Shown here: piece by piece, positions 1-14,320 of the stretch | Layout: the number at the start of each line of letters is the position of its first letter | Position numbering within the stretch: position 1 is the stretch's first letter | Origin: Basidiobolus meristosporus CBS 931.73 | Lineage: Eukaryota > Fungi > Basidiobolomycota | Direction: 5' to 3' | Length of the DNA: 64,000 nt | Assembly (NCBI GenBank): GCA_002104905.1 | Contig: MCFE01000011.1 | Coordinates: forward strand, 124,001-188,000 | Translations under genes and position numbers: made by a program | Notes under the pieces: model-generated | Told to the model about the DNA's origin: nothing | Database searches by the model: none | The model's input: the letters and a program-made list of their open reading frames with translations, nothing else

Positions 1-250
1 AGGACTTATTAAAATGAATTTCAACCGGAAAGTCCCTATTCGACCCAGTAGCAACGGTCCAACTGATGGAGGTGAATGTATGCTGGAATGATGCGATGCT
101 TTTATACTTTATAATGCATTTTAATTACAGGTCAACACGGCATTGTCAGCTGCGAGAACATAGTGATTTACATATCAATACAGGAAAGGTGTTGCAATAT
201 AAATGAGATTGAAATACCTGATGATAGTAGTGGTTCCGATCACCAAAAAT

Positions 251-2492
251 TCAATGGCCTTCTCGTATACATTCATGTATGATCTTATTGTAATGAGCTG
301 CGTACACTTCTCGATTGTGGTTCGCAAGTATCACTAACTTGCGGCTGAGCACTTGGAGCTGCGAAGAAACGTCCTCAATGCCATGGCCAACAAGTTCTCC
401 GGATAGCGGGAAGTGTCCGGTGGACAAATGCTGCAGAAGTATCTTGGATATACGGCGGGAGAGCAACATATACACAGGATCTTTTGAAGAAAGCGTTTTA
501 TCAACCATACTACGGATGAGTTCTTGGTTCTCGCGAGTAAGGTTTTTCGAAGAAGAGACTTGAGAGAGTGAATCAATCAACTGAACTGTCAAATTTTCCA
601 GTATCGTCCCTGGATCCTTTAACAGCACAAATAGACGATCTCTCAGTTTTTCGACCTCAACTGGATTTTTCCTAAACTCTGGCACGATATTTTTGCTTAG
701 CATCAACAGAGCCGCTACAATAGTGATTGCTTGTGATTCGTTCTGGTACTCATAAAGTCGTTCAACATCCAACGTCAACGTCTCAGGGCAGTTTTCGTGG
801 TGGATGACGGTCATACTGAAGATTGTGGAGAGAATTGCTTTGTAGTAAACAATGTCGAAACGGATATTGGAGACTTGGCCCCCATGCGTCGGCGACCTCA
901 AGTCATATGCACATTCGCACAGCCACTTGGTGGTGCGTTCTAAGGTTATCGTCCTGTTGCTCAGAGCCAAGTTGAACTTTTCTTTTTCGTACGCAATACC
1001 GTATTCCTGGATTAACGGATGCAACATGTTCACTTGATAATTGGCTAAATCCAACTTCATATCCTGCAATATCTCTACCAGGCACTGGAATACAGATGCC
1101 AAGTCGGTCATCTTCTGAATATTTCGAATTGCCTGGTCACGTACTGGAGCGCAAATGTCCAACATACTTTCCGTGATAAACTTCATCAGCTTCGGGATGT
1201 CGTAGGTACCAGATTTGAGTTGTTGTGATATAAGCTCGATGTCGATTACATCAGTGAGTAATTCATACATTGGGCTCCATCTAGAAACCAACTCCAAAAG
1301 CCACTAAGATAAGAATGTGAGCAACGTGCACTTGACCTTCATAATAAAGCTCCAACTTACATTCTTTATATCAGCCACCAGCTGTGGAAACCAAAACTCA
1401 TATTTCCCTTGGTTGAATTCTTCACGAATGGTCTCAAAAAAATCTTGGATTGCGACTTCTCGAACTCGCTCCTCAAGGTTGGTGCCCTTTGACATCGTCA
1501 GCTCAAAATCCGGATTAAGCAAAATTTCGTGTGCAAGTTGCTCATTCGTTAGCATCTCTTCATTCGTCAGACCAACAAGGATGTTGCTTATTTGTCTGTC
1601 GATACGCATAACTTGTAGTTTCATAAAGTCGCTTTCCAAAACAAACTCATTTCCAGCTCGAGGCTTAATCAAGGTGTGCGGTTCAGCCATATCCACATCC
1701 CCACATGCTGTAGCATCATGGGTTTTATGACGCTTTTGGAATGATTTATGTTCGCCAAACTCCAATGGCCGCTTCTTCAGCTGCCTTCGGCTATCATGAA
1801 ATGGTCGTTGGTGATAAGTCACTGCAACTGGGTGTTCTTTTGCAGGCATCCAGCATTGATCTTGCTCTAGACAATGAGTAAACCAAGTTACTGAACTCTT
1901 ACTGTCATTCCTTTGCCAAGAATCAAAAACCTGGTAATATATTTCAAGATTTTCAATAAATATTTTCAACGAGAGAAATCCCTCGGGATTAAAATATTTC
2001 CTCGACCATATTTCGAAACTTCGGATCATAGTTAGTCCTGCAAGAACTAACTCCTAGATTATATAAGGCGTAATAAATAGCTGAGCAGATGCACTTTAAT
2101 TGACAAGTAATATCTACCTCCTCTTGTTTAGTTTGTGCAGTAAGAACCTGGCGAGAATGAGCCACCAATAAGTAGGCGGTCAAGAAGTACTTGGCTGTAT
2201 TTCTATAGCGGTTGAGTGAATTTTCTGTGGGGTTTTTTCGTCGAATTCGGTGAAGAAGCTTAGATGTGACAAAGACAAGGGGTTTCGACTGGATGAGTTC
2301 CAAGACACTATCAACAGGCAGTCGCTGCAATCTGTGCAAGGAAATCTTGAAGTGGCAATAATCCCTAATCAGCGAAGCAAATGGCCGACCTCTCCACCAC
2401 CGTTGAATTACAGCCACGGCTTCCTCCTTCGGGCATTCACACTTTCTCTGATATATGGATATCTGAGTAGTGCATAAGCTTTCTTTCAACAT
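251..2492 (-). CDS. T-complex protein 11 (TCP11/SOK1) family protein; 3 exons (2492-2118, 2053-1361, 1303-251)
   Basis: Three ORFs join through GT-AG introns at 2117-2054 and 1360-1304. TCP11-type segments LAHEILLNPDF, CAPVRD, MKLDLANY, YEKEKF, PETLTLDVERL are present, plus an N-terminal IQ-like AVIQRWWRG. Confidence 0.88.
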
Positions 2493-3631
2493 GATCGAAT
2501 AAAAAGCAAGTGGAGAGGATCAAGATTCAAAAACCGTTCACTTTGTACCAAGCGCAGTTATTTATTGGTAGAGCAAATGAACCAGATGATGAACGCACGC
2601 TAGCTTCTTATCAGAATGGATGCTCACAAATGAATGCTACACAATCATCATCACAAGCCAACTATTACCTAACAGTCCAATTCATTTATATTAGAACACT
2701 GATGATTCGAAACCGAGCCAAGAGAATCCAATGGTTGGTGATGATTTACTAATTAGGTAACTCACAGAAGTATGTCGTCTGACCAATGGTCGAATATTAC
2801 TGGGTCTCGACAATCAGCATATTTAAATTACTCGATTTATCTAGTGACTGTCACATGCATGAAGCATAAAGCTCTTTTGACTGAAAGGGGACTTTAATCT
2901 AAACAGGTTTAGTTTAGAATCCTCAGCCAGTGGCACTGCTGGATAAACCTGGGTAACCTTTCTTTACGTGCATTATTCCCATTCATTCAGCCATGAGGAT
3001 AATCGTTGATGTGATCATGGCACTGCACCACGTTTCAACAGTCAAGTAAAAGCAGGCCATCAGAAATATGAAAGGAAATCCAGTTGTGTTTCGTAACGAC
3101 GTATTCATTCAAAACTCTGCAGCAGCACGGTGGCTGATGAGATCTTTGCGCTTACCACCTGAATCTGATCCTAGAGAAAATAGTGGAAATACTGATGATC
3201 CGTTTACTATGTTGTTCGCAAACATTTAATTCTTTGTATTAGCCCAGACCTATGCTTAGAGCGAGGATAAGCCTAGCCTCTAGCTATAATTAACAAAGGA
3301 AAGCTAATCTAGGAAATAAAAATGGATGGATCAGCCTCATACTCTGATCTCATGAGAATGGGTTTTGGCCTGTGTTCTGATATCGAATTCAGTTCTGCCT
3401 CACTGTTGCACATACTTCGCCAATACCATTGTACATCCTTCTCTGACTGCCTCCGAAAATATCCGGGAATTAAGAGCTAGATCAACCACTGACTCATACA
3501 TGACATCGATTTGACAGTGTTAAAATGAACGAGCAAGACGAACTCTTGTATCGCGTTCCCTACGATCCAACTTTTGGTTAGCTACTTGAATTTTAAAGAA
3601 GTTACAGTGATATTCGCTTTTCGTTCAGAAT

Positions 3632-4988
3632 ATGGTGGTTTTGGTTCAACATAGCAATCCCTCATGTGAGCCAAAAAAAATGAAAGCTTTAAGAAAGGCA
3701 ATTTCACGCCGCTTGAATCGCGTCGAAGTGGCTTTTCCTAATTTAGAGAAGGAAACCCAAGGGACGGTCGATGAAGTAGCAGGTAGTTTTGACCCACTTC
3801 AGAATGAAACAACCCATTCTTCTAAACATCGAGCCGGCTTCACTAGCCATGCACATACCTTTCAAGAGGTAATCTCCAACGAACCCTCAATCGCCACTGA
3901 AGCGTCAGAGAACATCCTGAAAACGCCTACAACACCGTCCTTTTCGAATGGAAATGCAGACACTCCCGGTATCAAAAGAAATCCAAGAATACTAGAACTG
4001 AATCTCCGTCGGTCTTCACATGGAATACATAAACTTGGTGTAAAGGAACTTCAGGATGAGGAAGATACAATAGTTAAGAAGATAGAGAAACTAAATGAGG
4101 ACAAACACACACTTTTTCTTAGATTTAAAAGAATGATATCAGATCGTAACCATATAGGCAGAAAAGAAGTTATTCGAGAGTCCCAAGAGTATGTTTCTAG
4201 TTACTTATTTGAATTAGCATGCCACTATCTAGCTTCAATGAATACAAGCCACATTTGCCTGCAGTGCATCCCTACTAACGGTAGCTTTCTAGCAAATCAG
4301 TTAATCTAGGTATCAAAGCTCACCAACTGACAAGCACCCATCTCTGCGGTAATGATACCCCCATACGCCACGTCAAAGCTTTGTGCGTACTAACAAACAC
4401 CTAGATAATATCGATAGGAGATTCCCAGATACTTGTCAAACGCAGGAAAGTAATTCCGCTCACAAGAGAAAACGTAGCCCTGTGCATGCCCCTTTCAATC
4501 ATTATAATAGCACTAATAGCCACTATCGTGACGGCTTTCGAATAAGCCACTCTGTTCGGGATACTGCCCATTTCCCAGGTAGAGGACGGCCATACATGCC
4601 CCAATACCACGTAAGCAATCAATTCAGGAAATCACTCAACATCTTCGCTCATTATGCATTGTATATGCACTTCACAGGACCGGGGACGTAATGGATATTT
4701 TAACGGTATAAACCTTAATTCTGTATACCATACCGCACATCTCACTGATAATCTAATATAGAGTATAATTTTCGAATTGGGCCTGGATACGTTCAACATC
4801 CGATGGTGTATGGTCGTTCAATGGTACACGCACCTCAGATACAGGTTGTTAAACGTATCGCCTCTCTATCAGTTGATTACCAAGTCTTATCGGTTTTAAT
4901 ACTCCAATAGAGAGCAGCCTCGAATCCTGCTACTAGATTCGGGCTCAACTTTCCCCAACATGGAATGATCCGACACAACAGCCGGTAA
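3632..4988 (+). CDS. Hypothetical multi-exon protein (low-complexity, short coiled coil); exon structure uncertain
   Basis: ORFs 3632-4309 and 4383-4691 plus downstream GT..AG-flanked segments. Contains coiled-coil-like LQDEEDTIVKKIEKLNEDKHTLFLRFKRM. No family recognised, and the in-frame join near 4350 is unresolved. Confidence 0.4.
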
Positions 4989-6086
4989 TTATCCCGAGTA
5001 GAAAATTCATAGGCTTTATGCATTGTCTCCTATATTATACTACTTTTCAGTCTATGTAACTTCGGAGACCAGCCTTATGTATTTGTTAATAGCAACGCTC
5101 CTACATAGTGCGAAGAAATTTCTATTAGGCATGGCAGTTTTGGATCCTATTCATCAGTTTCTGTTGGTTGGTTGGCTCGAGTGCGTTGCAATAAACAATG
5201 CACATGAGGGGTTGGTGCCACAAAAGCTTTTCCACGCTGAAGTCCACGTCTTTGTGCTGTATTAATGGAATACGTATGCACGTAAGAAGAGCTACATTTA
5301 TGCTTGGGGCATCGATTGTTGTGTTCAACGAACTATCCAGAGTTAGTAGTGGACTGGGCGTAGCATGTATTGCCAAGATTGGTGGGATACCAGCTAGCAT
5401 AAAGGAGGTGATTCAAGCATGGATTCGTTAGTCCAGCAACGTTCCAGATGACGAACATCGACCAACATTTCTCCAGCTTTCTGAGCACCAATTACCAGAT
5501 GGATAACTGATAGAGGTACCAAATATCCCAGAAGACTTCACAAGCTTTCAGCCATCTGACATCAGCCAATTGTTTCCTTTTAGTTCATGCGCACGCGCAT
5601 GCCCATGTACAACAACACTCTAGATCATTGCTTGTTTCCTCCTCATGCCATTGACGAAACTGATGAATTGGTCAGCCATCAAATTCAAAGACAGCGTATT
5701 TGTGACCTCTAATTATTTGCGCTCGTATGGACCTTGAAAATGTGTACCTTTTTGACACTTGTGATCCTGCATCTTTATCTGAAGGCTGACACAGGAGCTG
5801 GAAAGATGTAAATATTGCTTTATTGATCAAGGCCTCGAATATCAGTCTCATAAGCCAATCGCAGCCATATTCCCACACTCCGCCAGATAGCTGCTGATGA
5901 TTGGTAAATGTCAACTCGGGTTAGTAGTGGGAATTATCCAAGAGCTGGAGAGCTGAAAAAGAGCGTAAGCATATTCAGGATCCATGTAGTTACGAAAACA
6001 AGATTACACAAAATTAAATATTATATAGAAACAGGATTATTTCCAACGCCTATCATGATATTTTACAGAGATACGTGGTATCTTGA

Positions 6087-7706
6087 TCAATGCATCGCTG
6101 CACCAAGAAGACTCCGTTTCTGTTCTAGAACAAACGGATTCTGACAGCCTCGAGGCCACTTGAAGGTGGATCCGAAGCGACGCCTCATCTCGGGGAGATA
6201 GTCACCGAAGAAGTTGAATGTAGCAGTGTTTTGTTTACTACGAAAGCCACCTCCAGGCCAGGAGAATTTGGCGTGATCTAAGTGGTACATAAAGTGATCT
6301 TTCAGTACCAGAAAGCGATACCCCAGAGCGTTTAGATGTAACGCATGCTGTTGCTTATCACCGCCTTGGTTCTTGAATCGTTCGTCGTACAGTGGATGTA
6401 GGCCTTTTTTAGAGACAATGTAATACGGCTCCCACTGTGACTCAAAACATACTTCATAGTAGGGCTTTGATCGGAAAATACTGGGAGTCAAGAGAAGCCC
6501 ATATTGCGTAGGGCCATGTCCGGCACGAGGATCGGTAATATACGCATCTCCATTAGTGAAGAGCTTTTGAAGATCAGCTACCGTGGCTGGAAATACTCCA
6601 GAGTAATTCTCTTGAATGGCCACACAAGGGACGACAAAGGCGATCGGTTGGGTGGATTTCGAGATCATGTCTACAAGATGATCACGTGCATATTGGTATA
6701 GTTGAGGGCTAGGGATGAAGTCCACATCCATAACGTATATATACGTGGTATGTGCGGCTTTAATGCCGAGGTTTCGAAGACGATTGATAGGATATTGGTA
6801 TCTCTCAAGTTGATCATATCTGGGCTTCACAAGGGTCAGAGTCACTCGATCGTAAAGATTTGGATCCTCAAGAGCTTGGAAGTAGTTGTGAAGTATTGGT
6901 ATCTCACTTGCCTCTGTGAGGTAGCTAATGTAGATTTGGAAATGCTACTTGGTTATTTCACGCACTCCATTAAATATGGCTTAGAAAAATATGTAGAGAA
7001 TCCTTACATCACTGCCGATATAGGGCCAGGCCACGATTTAATGACACCTTCGAACCTGGCCAGTCGATTAACGGAAAATTGAGCAACCAGAGAGATGGTA
7101 TCTTCCGAAAATTGGATGTTTGGCGGCTGAACAAAAACTATTTCCTCCTCCTCATGCGTATTCCCTTTGACCCAATTTTAGCTTGTTAAACCGTGTTTGA
7201 AAGGTACAGAAACAACTCACCCTGAAGCTGGTTTTCAAAGTAGCTCGCAACCTCCAACAAATTCCCTACATTACACAAAACAAAACTGAGCATTCGATAT
7301 GGTCGATGGGGAGACGAACTGAGATACCTTTTATGACAATAGAATCTGCAGTGCTGCAAACTTCTTCGTTTTCACACGTATGCTCGCCTTGATAAAAGGT
7401 TTTCCCCTGAAGAGTGGCGGATAGCCCTAAGGGGACGCTGATGCGAGCCATCTGCTGATAGATCTGAGCCTCTTTCATTTGGTCAACATCATAAGTGCCT
7501 GGTCCCCAATTGACGCAGAGACCATCAAACTTGCATATTTCAACCAGTTTAAACTCATATTCTGCATAGGACTCATCATTCATGTCTGATTCAAGGCTGG
7601 GAGTTTTGCCTGTAGGCCAGAAAATAAAAGCAATACAAACACATAGAATGATGAAGAGTGATTTTCTTCGCCGTGGCGAAAAGGGAGTATTCAATCCTCC
7701 TAACAT
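6087..7706 (-). CDS. GT49 / LARGE-B4GAT1-like glycosyltransferase, type II membrane protein, multi-exon
   Basis: YPINRLRNLG...YVMDVDFIPS (DxD), AFVVP, WEPYYIV, YDERFKNQGGDKQQH and YRFLVLKDHFMYH match the Glyco_transf_49 pattern. N-terminal TM segment LFIILCVCIAFIFW follows the ATG at 7706. Confidence 0.85.
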
Positions 7707-7992
7707 GGCTCGATGCTGCCGCGTGAAAAGGTGGAAGGTATTCTTCCTCAAAAACTCCCTCTTCATTAAATAATAAAATTGATCGATCGAGAAGTAATGT
7801 AAGTTATGCAACCTTTTAGTGTATATGTGTAGGCATAGGGTGATTCATTGGTTATGCTCTACTTGGTCGATCTATTCAACAACCTTGATTAAATTTTGGT
7901 TGTTTAAGTAACGTCATCTACTCAATATATGAGGGACAAGTCACTCCTCCGTATTGTTGGCTTAAAACCTCCACCACTTCACCTACATATAT

Positions 7993-9117
7993 ATGTCAGA
8001 AGTCAGCTTTAAATCCTCCAGTTCTCAAGAACTTGAATCATACCTTTTGCTAGCTAAATCTGCAAAAGGAGCTGCTTGCGTACAGCTGATTAAAGAGGTT
8101 CTCGCTGCACCAAACATTTATGTGTTTTCCGAGGTTCTCCGAATGCCCAACGTATCAGCTGTAAGTATAGAACTTGAAACTTTAAGCATCGTATTCACCT
8201 TTCAAAGGACTTATTGTTTCGCATCTTGTAGCTCTCGCAACAGCCAGAAACTGCCCAGTTTTTTTCCTTGTTAGAGTTATTTTCATACGGAACTTACAAG
8301 GATTATAAAGGTACCGCAAACAGTAATGTATAGCCATTGAATAGGCTTCATTTTAACGTTGTCACTCCCAGAACATGCCTCAAATCTACCGGAGCTTACG
8401 GAACCTCAGCTGAAGAAGTTGAAATTACTGTCGATCGTTTCGTTGGCCGGAGAAAAACATGTACACAGTTTTATTACCTTAATGGGCTATTTTGCGTTTG
8501 AGGTTTCCCTGACAGTAAACCCCTTCTAGGTTCTGAATTACGCCGATTTACTGCAATATTTCGATATAAGCAATGTTCGCGAACTCGAGGACCTAATCAT
8601 CGATGCGATATATAAAGGGCTTATCAAAGCGAAGTTAGATCAGAAGAAAAATCAAGTAGAGATCGAGTACACGATGGGAAGGGATTTACGCCCTGGACAA
8701 CTAGATCAGATGCTACAGATTCTAAGTGCATGGTACGTTCGCAGCAGTTAAAAGCGGTTCACTAGCGCGATCATCATACTCACTTGCTTAGGTCTTCGAC
8801 GTCATCCGATATCCTTCGTTCGATTGACGAGAAGATCATCGAGATTAGAGAGGCTTCGCAAGCCACCGCCCAGGCACAGGAAGAGTATGAGAATAAAGTG
8901 GAGCGTATCACATCTGATATCAAGAACAGTAGCAGAAACTTCAAAGCCAATGAGGCGTCAGACAATCGAATGGCCATTGACCAGTTCAAAAGCGCCGAAT
9001 ATTCCGAGGAGATCTCTAGGAACCGGCTAAGCAAAAGGTTGACACTTCAATATATTCGTAAAAGTTGGACTCTCCATCTAACAATGACAAAGGCGGTTTT
9101 TTACAGGGCGAAGATAA
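7993..9117 (+). CDS. CSN7: COP9 signalosome subunit 7 (PCI domain), multi-exon; 3' end approximate
   Basis: YLLLAKSAKGAACVQLIKEVLAAPNIYVFSE, LELFSYGTYKDYK, KLKLLSIVSLA, ISNVRELEDLIIDAIYKGLIKAKLDQK and MGRDLRPGQL, read across GT-AG introns. Confidence 0.9.
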
Positions 9118-10141
9118 GGCATTTTTCTTTTGAGAACAACTTATAGTTCACTCCGGGCCAGGCATCATCCATATTGCGATGACACTACTACATGTTTAGT
9201 GACAAATAAATTCCACTCGTTCTTAACGGGGCCAATTCTTACTACTAGTGTACAATCAGGCATGGCGGTTCTGTTTGATATCTACGTATAGAGCTTTCAA
9301 GCTTACACACCCATATACTATCGTAGATTCGTTATGCATGAGCCTTAGGATACCCAAGTGGTTGGAGTTCCTAATGTGTGACATTCGAAAGGTTTGGTAT
9401 CCATGCATCATGTATGTTCTCTAGCAAATAGCTATATGGCTCTAAGGCTTCGGATGAGAGCTCCCTGCGCTTCTCTTGTGTATTACATATGCAATTTTAC
9501 GAGAGGCTAGGATTCATCTCCAATCATATGCCTTCATAGCAGTGAGCAAACTTCTGGTGGTTGTGCAATGGAACTTGCAAAAATATCGAACCCTCGTTGA
9601 CACCCCGGCTGCAGATTCCAGGCTCACTTGCAAGAAGCACGAGCGTATCATCGGTGTGGATACTATTTATTGTTGCATTGACAAGCACGACGATGGATGT
9701 TTGGATGCGTGGTCCGTCTTGCTAACGACCTCAACAACAAATATGAATTGGATCACACACAACCAGCACCTTGTAGAGTGTTACCAGTAGGTACTATTCG
9801 CCAGCTATACAGTAGACATGTGATGGAAGGCAGAAGTGACAAAAAGTGGTCAAAAATCTGAATCGAAACGATGCATCCACTAATTGATCCAAATACATTG
9901 CACCTCATTAACAATTTATGCCAGAAAAAGTACCTAGTGACACCTGTCTGATTCGAATTCGTTTGGGCAATTGTACAATTTATCGAAATATTGGACCTCC
10001 ATTACCTCCCCCATATTGGGATGGGTCCGTAAGCGGGTAATATCATTATTGGATGATTTTTTTCCAACATACTTGGCTATTGTTATTATTTTCTTCCTCT
10101 GTTATTTCTACTCTCTAAGCTCTGGATAAGCTACAACGAAG

Positions 10142-11981
10142 ATGGGGGCTCTATTTTCCCTATTCAAATCGGTAAGCAATGACTTGGAGAGGGAGAGTTT
10201 TCCATCCAAACGGGGCTAATTCCTTGTCACATAGCGCACCGAAAATGACTACGAAAAAATACTTGCTGAACTAGAAGATAAAATCCAGAAAGTCGAAATC
10301 CGACTTTCAGATATTAAAGTTCGAGAGCGGAAGTTTGTTCTCATTTTCCTCATATATTCCCTTTTCGCCTATGGACTCTACCTGGTCACCTACTTCGTCT
10401 ACCTACGGGATCCTGAAGACGAATTCTACACATGGTTTTGGAAGCTAATTCCTGCGTTTGTGAGTCCACCTGTGTAAGCCATTCAACATCTTTGCTTTTG
10501 CTTTTTCTTCATCGCTGAAACCCTGCCCTATTTCCTAGGATATATTTTGTATCCCGTGGTGTTTCCTTCTGGTATACCAGAAAGCGTATTAATGAAGGTA
10601 GAGTCGGGTTGATTGTTGACTGGCAGAGCCTTTTCTAAACATATGTATATAGAAACCCATCTGGAAAATTTAAAGACAAAACAAAGACAAAAGGTACGTT
10701 GCTTTTCTAGTGTCCATTTCCTGTACAAACACTAAAAGAGCACTTTCAAGGTCGAAGAGTTAAAGAAAAAAACGGCCTATTATTCCACAAAGAACTTGCT
10801 CGATCGTTATGATACACCAAACAAACCGAAATCTGGAAAGCCTGTAATTATGTTTAATTTCATTTACACCTCAATCACTTTTACTCAGTCGGCCAACCTT
10901 ATAGCTCGAAGGCGTAAAGACCCCCATTCAACCCAACATTCCCGCTCGACTCCAAGGAAAACTCGTCGCTCCCAACTCAGGTAAGCAACTCACCTTTAGA
11001 GAGCCCTTAGGATCCAGTATTTACATGTACGAAACATAATAATAGCTCCCGTCAATCCCGGCATGCGCCAGCGCCATGTCGTTGGCAAGGCCCAAGACAT
11101 CAAAGATGTGAACACCCCGAATCCTGCTTTGAGCTCACGTAATCTTCAAGATGGCACCTCTCAATCCTCTAAAATGCCTCTAGTCAACGCTGTGTCCACC
11201 ATTCCACCAAACAATCCCACCAATGGCGTTGCTCGTTAGTGCTAGTCACCTTCTTGAGTTGATGTATTCTATACTAAATTTGTTGTTTAGCTCCACAAAT
11301 CCCGCAGAACCGTATGACTAATCAGCAAAGCAATTGGTATGACAAAATCATCGATGTTATTGTTGGTGAGGAAGGGCCAAACACCAAATATGCGTTGATC
11401 TGTAAGAACTGCTTTGCACACAACGGTCTTGCTCTGCCTAACGAAATTGATGATATACGTAAGTACGCTAAGTTTGCCGGTTTACCGCAAAATCTGACAA
11501 GTAGCATTAACTCCGTGTAGAATACTATTGCCCTAAGTGCAATGCCTTCAATCCTAGCCGTCGTCCTCGCCCCAAGCCCCAATCTAACCAGACACCCATG
11601 AACAAGCCTACAAAACCCAGGTTGCAGGATAACAAAATTAGCAAACAGGAAGAAGCTGCTGGAACCATGACTCCTACCCCTGCCGAAAAACCCGCAAAAC
11701 TGAAGAATGGACCATCACAACCATCCAAAAACGAAGACATTTCTTCTAGCGAAGATGTCGTAGAAGAATCTCCGGAATCCGAGATTGAAGAGTTAGAGTT
11801 CTCTGAAGCAGAGCCTGAGGAATACAATGTTACCGAATCAAGCAACGAAGATAAACATAGTACAGCTAGTTCTGATGAGGCAGAGACTCCAGTCGAGCCA
11901 GTCCGTGAAACCGTATTGAAGAACAACACGAAAAAAACCCCTCTGAGACAGAGGAATACCAAGTCAAAGGGAAAGAACTGA
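10142..11981 (+). CDS. LNP1: ER junction protein lunapark, multi-exon
   Basis: Starts MGALFS (Gly2), then YEKILAELEDKI coiled coil and two TM segments. WYDKIIDVIVGEEG..KYALICKNCFAHNGLA plus YYCPKCNAFNP form the lunapark zinc ribbon; the tail is acidic. Confidence 0.92.
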
Positions 11982-13292
11982 GTGCACTGTGATTCAAGGA
12001 CGCGAACCCTACCACTTCGTACAACTAAAGCAAGTTGGTATGTTTTACCCCATGTTGTCCACTAGTCTCCTATCATCAGCCATATGGCATTTTATCTAGT
12101 GGTTGTACATGTTATGGGCAGTTTCGCTTTTTATACATTTATTGTTATTTTTGTTAGAACTTGATCCTTTATTATTTGCATCAACGGCCTCGGTTCGACT
12201 ATTATGCGTCGGCCACGACATTTATAATAAACCATCCTCCAACCTCAAATACATGGGTGTACGTACAAGCTGAACTACAAGCGTGTGGAAACGTTCATGA
12301 TTGCGGATAGCAAATGCACTGGTAAAATCCTCTGACGTCTAACGCGTAAAGAATCACAAGCTGTATCCTACACTAAATAATCAAGATGAGGCATACACTC
12401 GAGGCCTCCGTACTTGCGCATCTCAGTACTAAGGTTGGCCCATTTGCTCGGCTTCTTGCACCGCTAATTACGCAATATCTGAAGAAAGATACCCCTTGGG
12501 ACACAGGGTTGAAATCTTCTATCCATTGAGAACACGCGGTGCCTCGTTCTATAAACAAGATGCAATGAGCAATATTGGGGATATTGGTGCTATCATTGCT
12601 GTTGACCCTGTTTCTTCATACTCAAGGTGTGGCATACTACTGTCCACTTGCAATTGTTAGCGGTAGTTCAATTTCTGCTTAAGCATCAGGTGGTAATGGT
12701 TTCTGAACATGATGATCTACAATGATATCTGCATGAGTGGATGTATCAGTTCTTAAACTGATGCATATGCACACACCCCGGATGTAGAGCAGTTTTAGGG
12801 CTCCGAGCAAAAAACAATACGGACATCCTCAAAGCGGAGAAGCCATTCAAAAACCGACTTCAACGATTCGCGCGATACAGGATATAGAGTTAACCCTTGC
12901 TAGTGTATATTGTAGGTTTCATCTTTATGGTAGATTGACTAGGAATGAATCAACGAGGCAATAGAAAAACATTTCTGATTAATCTGTCACATCCAAGGCC
13001 TGGACGAGTTTCACATGTATTAAACGCAGGCATTCTCTCAAAACAAAACGAATTACTATTTCATGGAATTTTGATTCGTCCCGTCCTTAATCCCACCAAG
13101 CAAGTCTGAGCTAAAATTTGTTGTGGTTTCTGCAAATTTGATGATGTTTGTGACGAGTTGTTTCTTCCTCAGCTTGAACATCATAAAAGAGCAGGGCCGG
13201 GTCAGGATGAATACAAGATTCATTACACATCAATACCAGCCAGCATCCATCTTCATTGCCGTCCATCCTCTCATTCTATTCGTATTCCTGAA

Positions 13293-13661
13293 ATGTCCTT
13301 TTTCTCGGTATTTGGCGAATGCTACCCAGCTGAACCAACCGAGGGACTTGGTTTGTTTGCGGAAGAGAGAAAGCCGCGCATGCGAAAGCCACGTAAACTC
13401 AGTTTACCAGACCTTGAGGCTACCAGGGACCAATGGAATGTCAAGGCTCGAGCAACCCGTCGAAAGCTCAGTGAGCTTCTCCCGAATCGACCAATTCCAG
13501 AAGAGAAGGAGGAGGGATATGTTGTCGACTACTCAGACAACCTTGAAACCATGAGAGACAAACTGCGGGAAACCCCGTTCGATCAGCTGATCCGACCTAA
13601 CAAACGGAAGGAGGAGATAGCTACGGTGAAGTTTACGCTGACTCCCTCACTTGCTCGTTAG
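13293..13661 (+). CDS. Small orphan protein, FTLTP-motif family paralog A (likely start MSFFSVFGEC)
   Basis: Intronless ORF (track 13158-13661, in-frame ATG at 13293). C-terminus DYSDNLETMRDKLRETPFD...TVKFTLTPSLAR aligns with the ORFs at 14321-14689 and 33656-34102. Confidence 0.75.
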   Translation: MSFFSVFGECYPAEPTEGLGLFAEERKPRMRKPRKLSLPDLEATRDQWNVKARATRRKLSELLPNRPIPEEKEEGYVVDYSDNLETMRDKLRETPFDQLIRPNKRKEEIATVKFTLTPSLAR

Positions 13662-14320
13662 TCAATGGAGATTGGTCTCCTCTATGAATCTAGGAATGTT
13701 ATGCTCCTAGAGCTTCTAATCCCAACATGCTGTTAATCCTTTTTGTAACTGTATCTATACTCAATCTACCTATTTTTTTGTGAATACTGTTTTCTTTAGC
13801 ATATGTATAGCCTCAGAAACAAGCATATTTTCCATCGAAGCCATATCCATCTGTAACACTATATCAACCCCCTTGGGCCAAGTCCCAACCTGGCCAGAAA
13901 CCCGCCTTCTAAATATCCCAGCTTGTTAAATTCGTACTAACCTTAACTACTTGCGAGGTACCTGATGCCTCAGCGAGGCTGAATAAATCCTGTAAAACCC
14001 CGAAGCTCTATACCTATATTTATCCTACAGGTTTATTTCGTCCTCCATCAAAGGATACGAATGTTGCAACTGGAAATCAAGGCATTTTACGCTAGCAGAC
14101 ATCTGGATTTAAGTGGCAGGATTAGCCAGATGTGGTGAGCATTGAGCCCATGCGATGTGTTGAAATCAGAAAGGTGTGTAATGAAGATATGTCAGGGTGG
14201 CCCGCATCGAATTTAGCTATACAATCAGTTGAAGCAAACGGACGATCCGAATATTTACGATAGAGTGCGATGCCGGCCACTCGTAGAGCATGTATATATA
14301 CATTGGTTGGCCCAAATGAT

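Noticed and set aside
2510-2752. ORF with faint NEDD8/ubiquitin-like words (KQVERIK, DDERTLASY)
   Set aside because: No ATG, spacing does not fit the ubiquitin fold, no C-terminal GG, and it abuts the TCP11 start; likely chance.
5023-5640. Overlapping short ORFs downstream of the hypothetical gene
   Set aside because: No motif, no consistent splice model and no dominant frame.
11525-11962. Antisense ORFs over real genes (also 1317-1730, 6702-7082, 14325-14582, 30019-30519, 35320-35812)
   Set aside because: Shadow frames of the coding strand, with no independent evidence.
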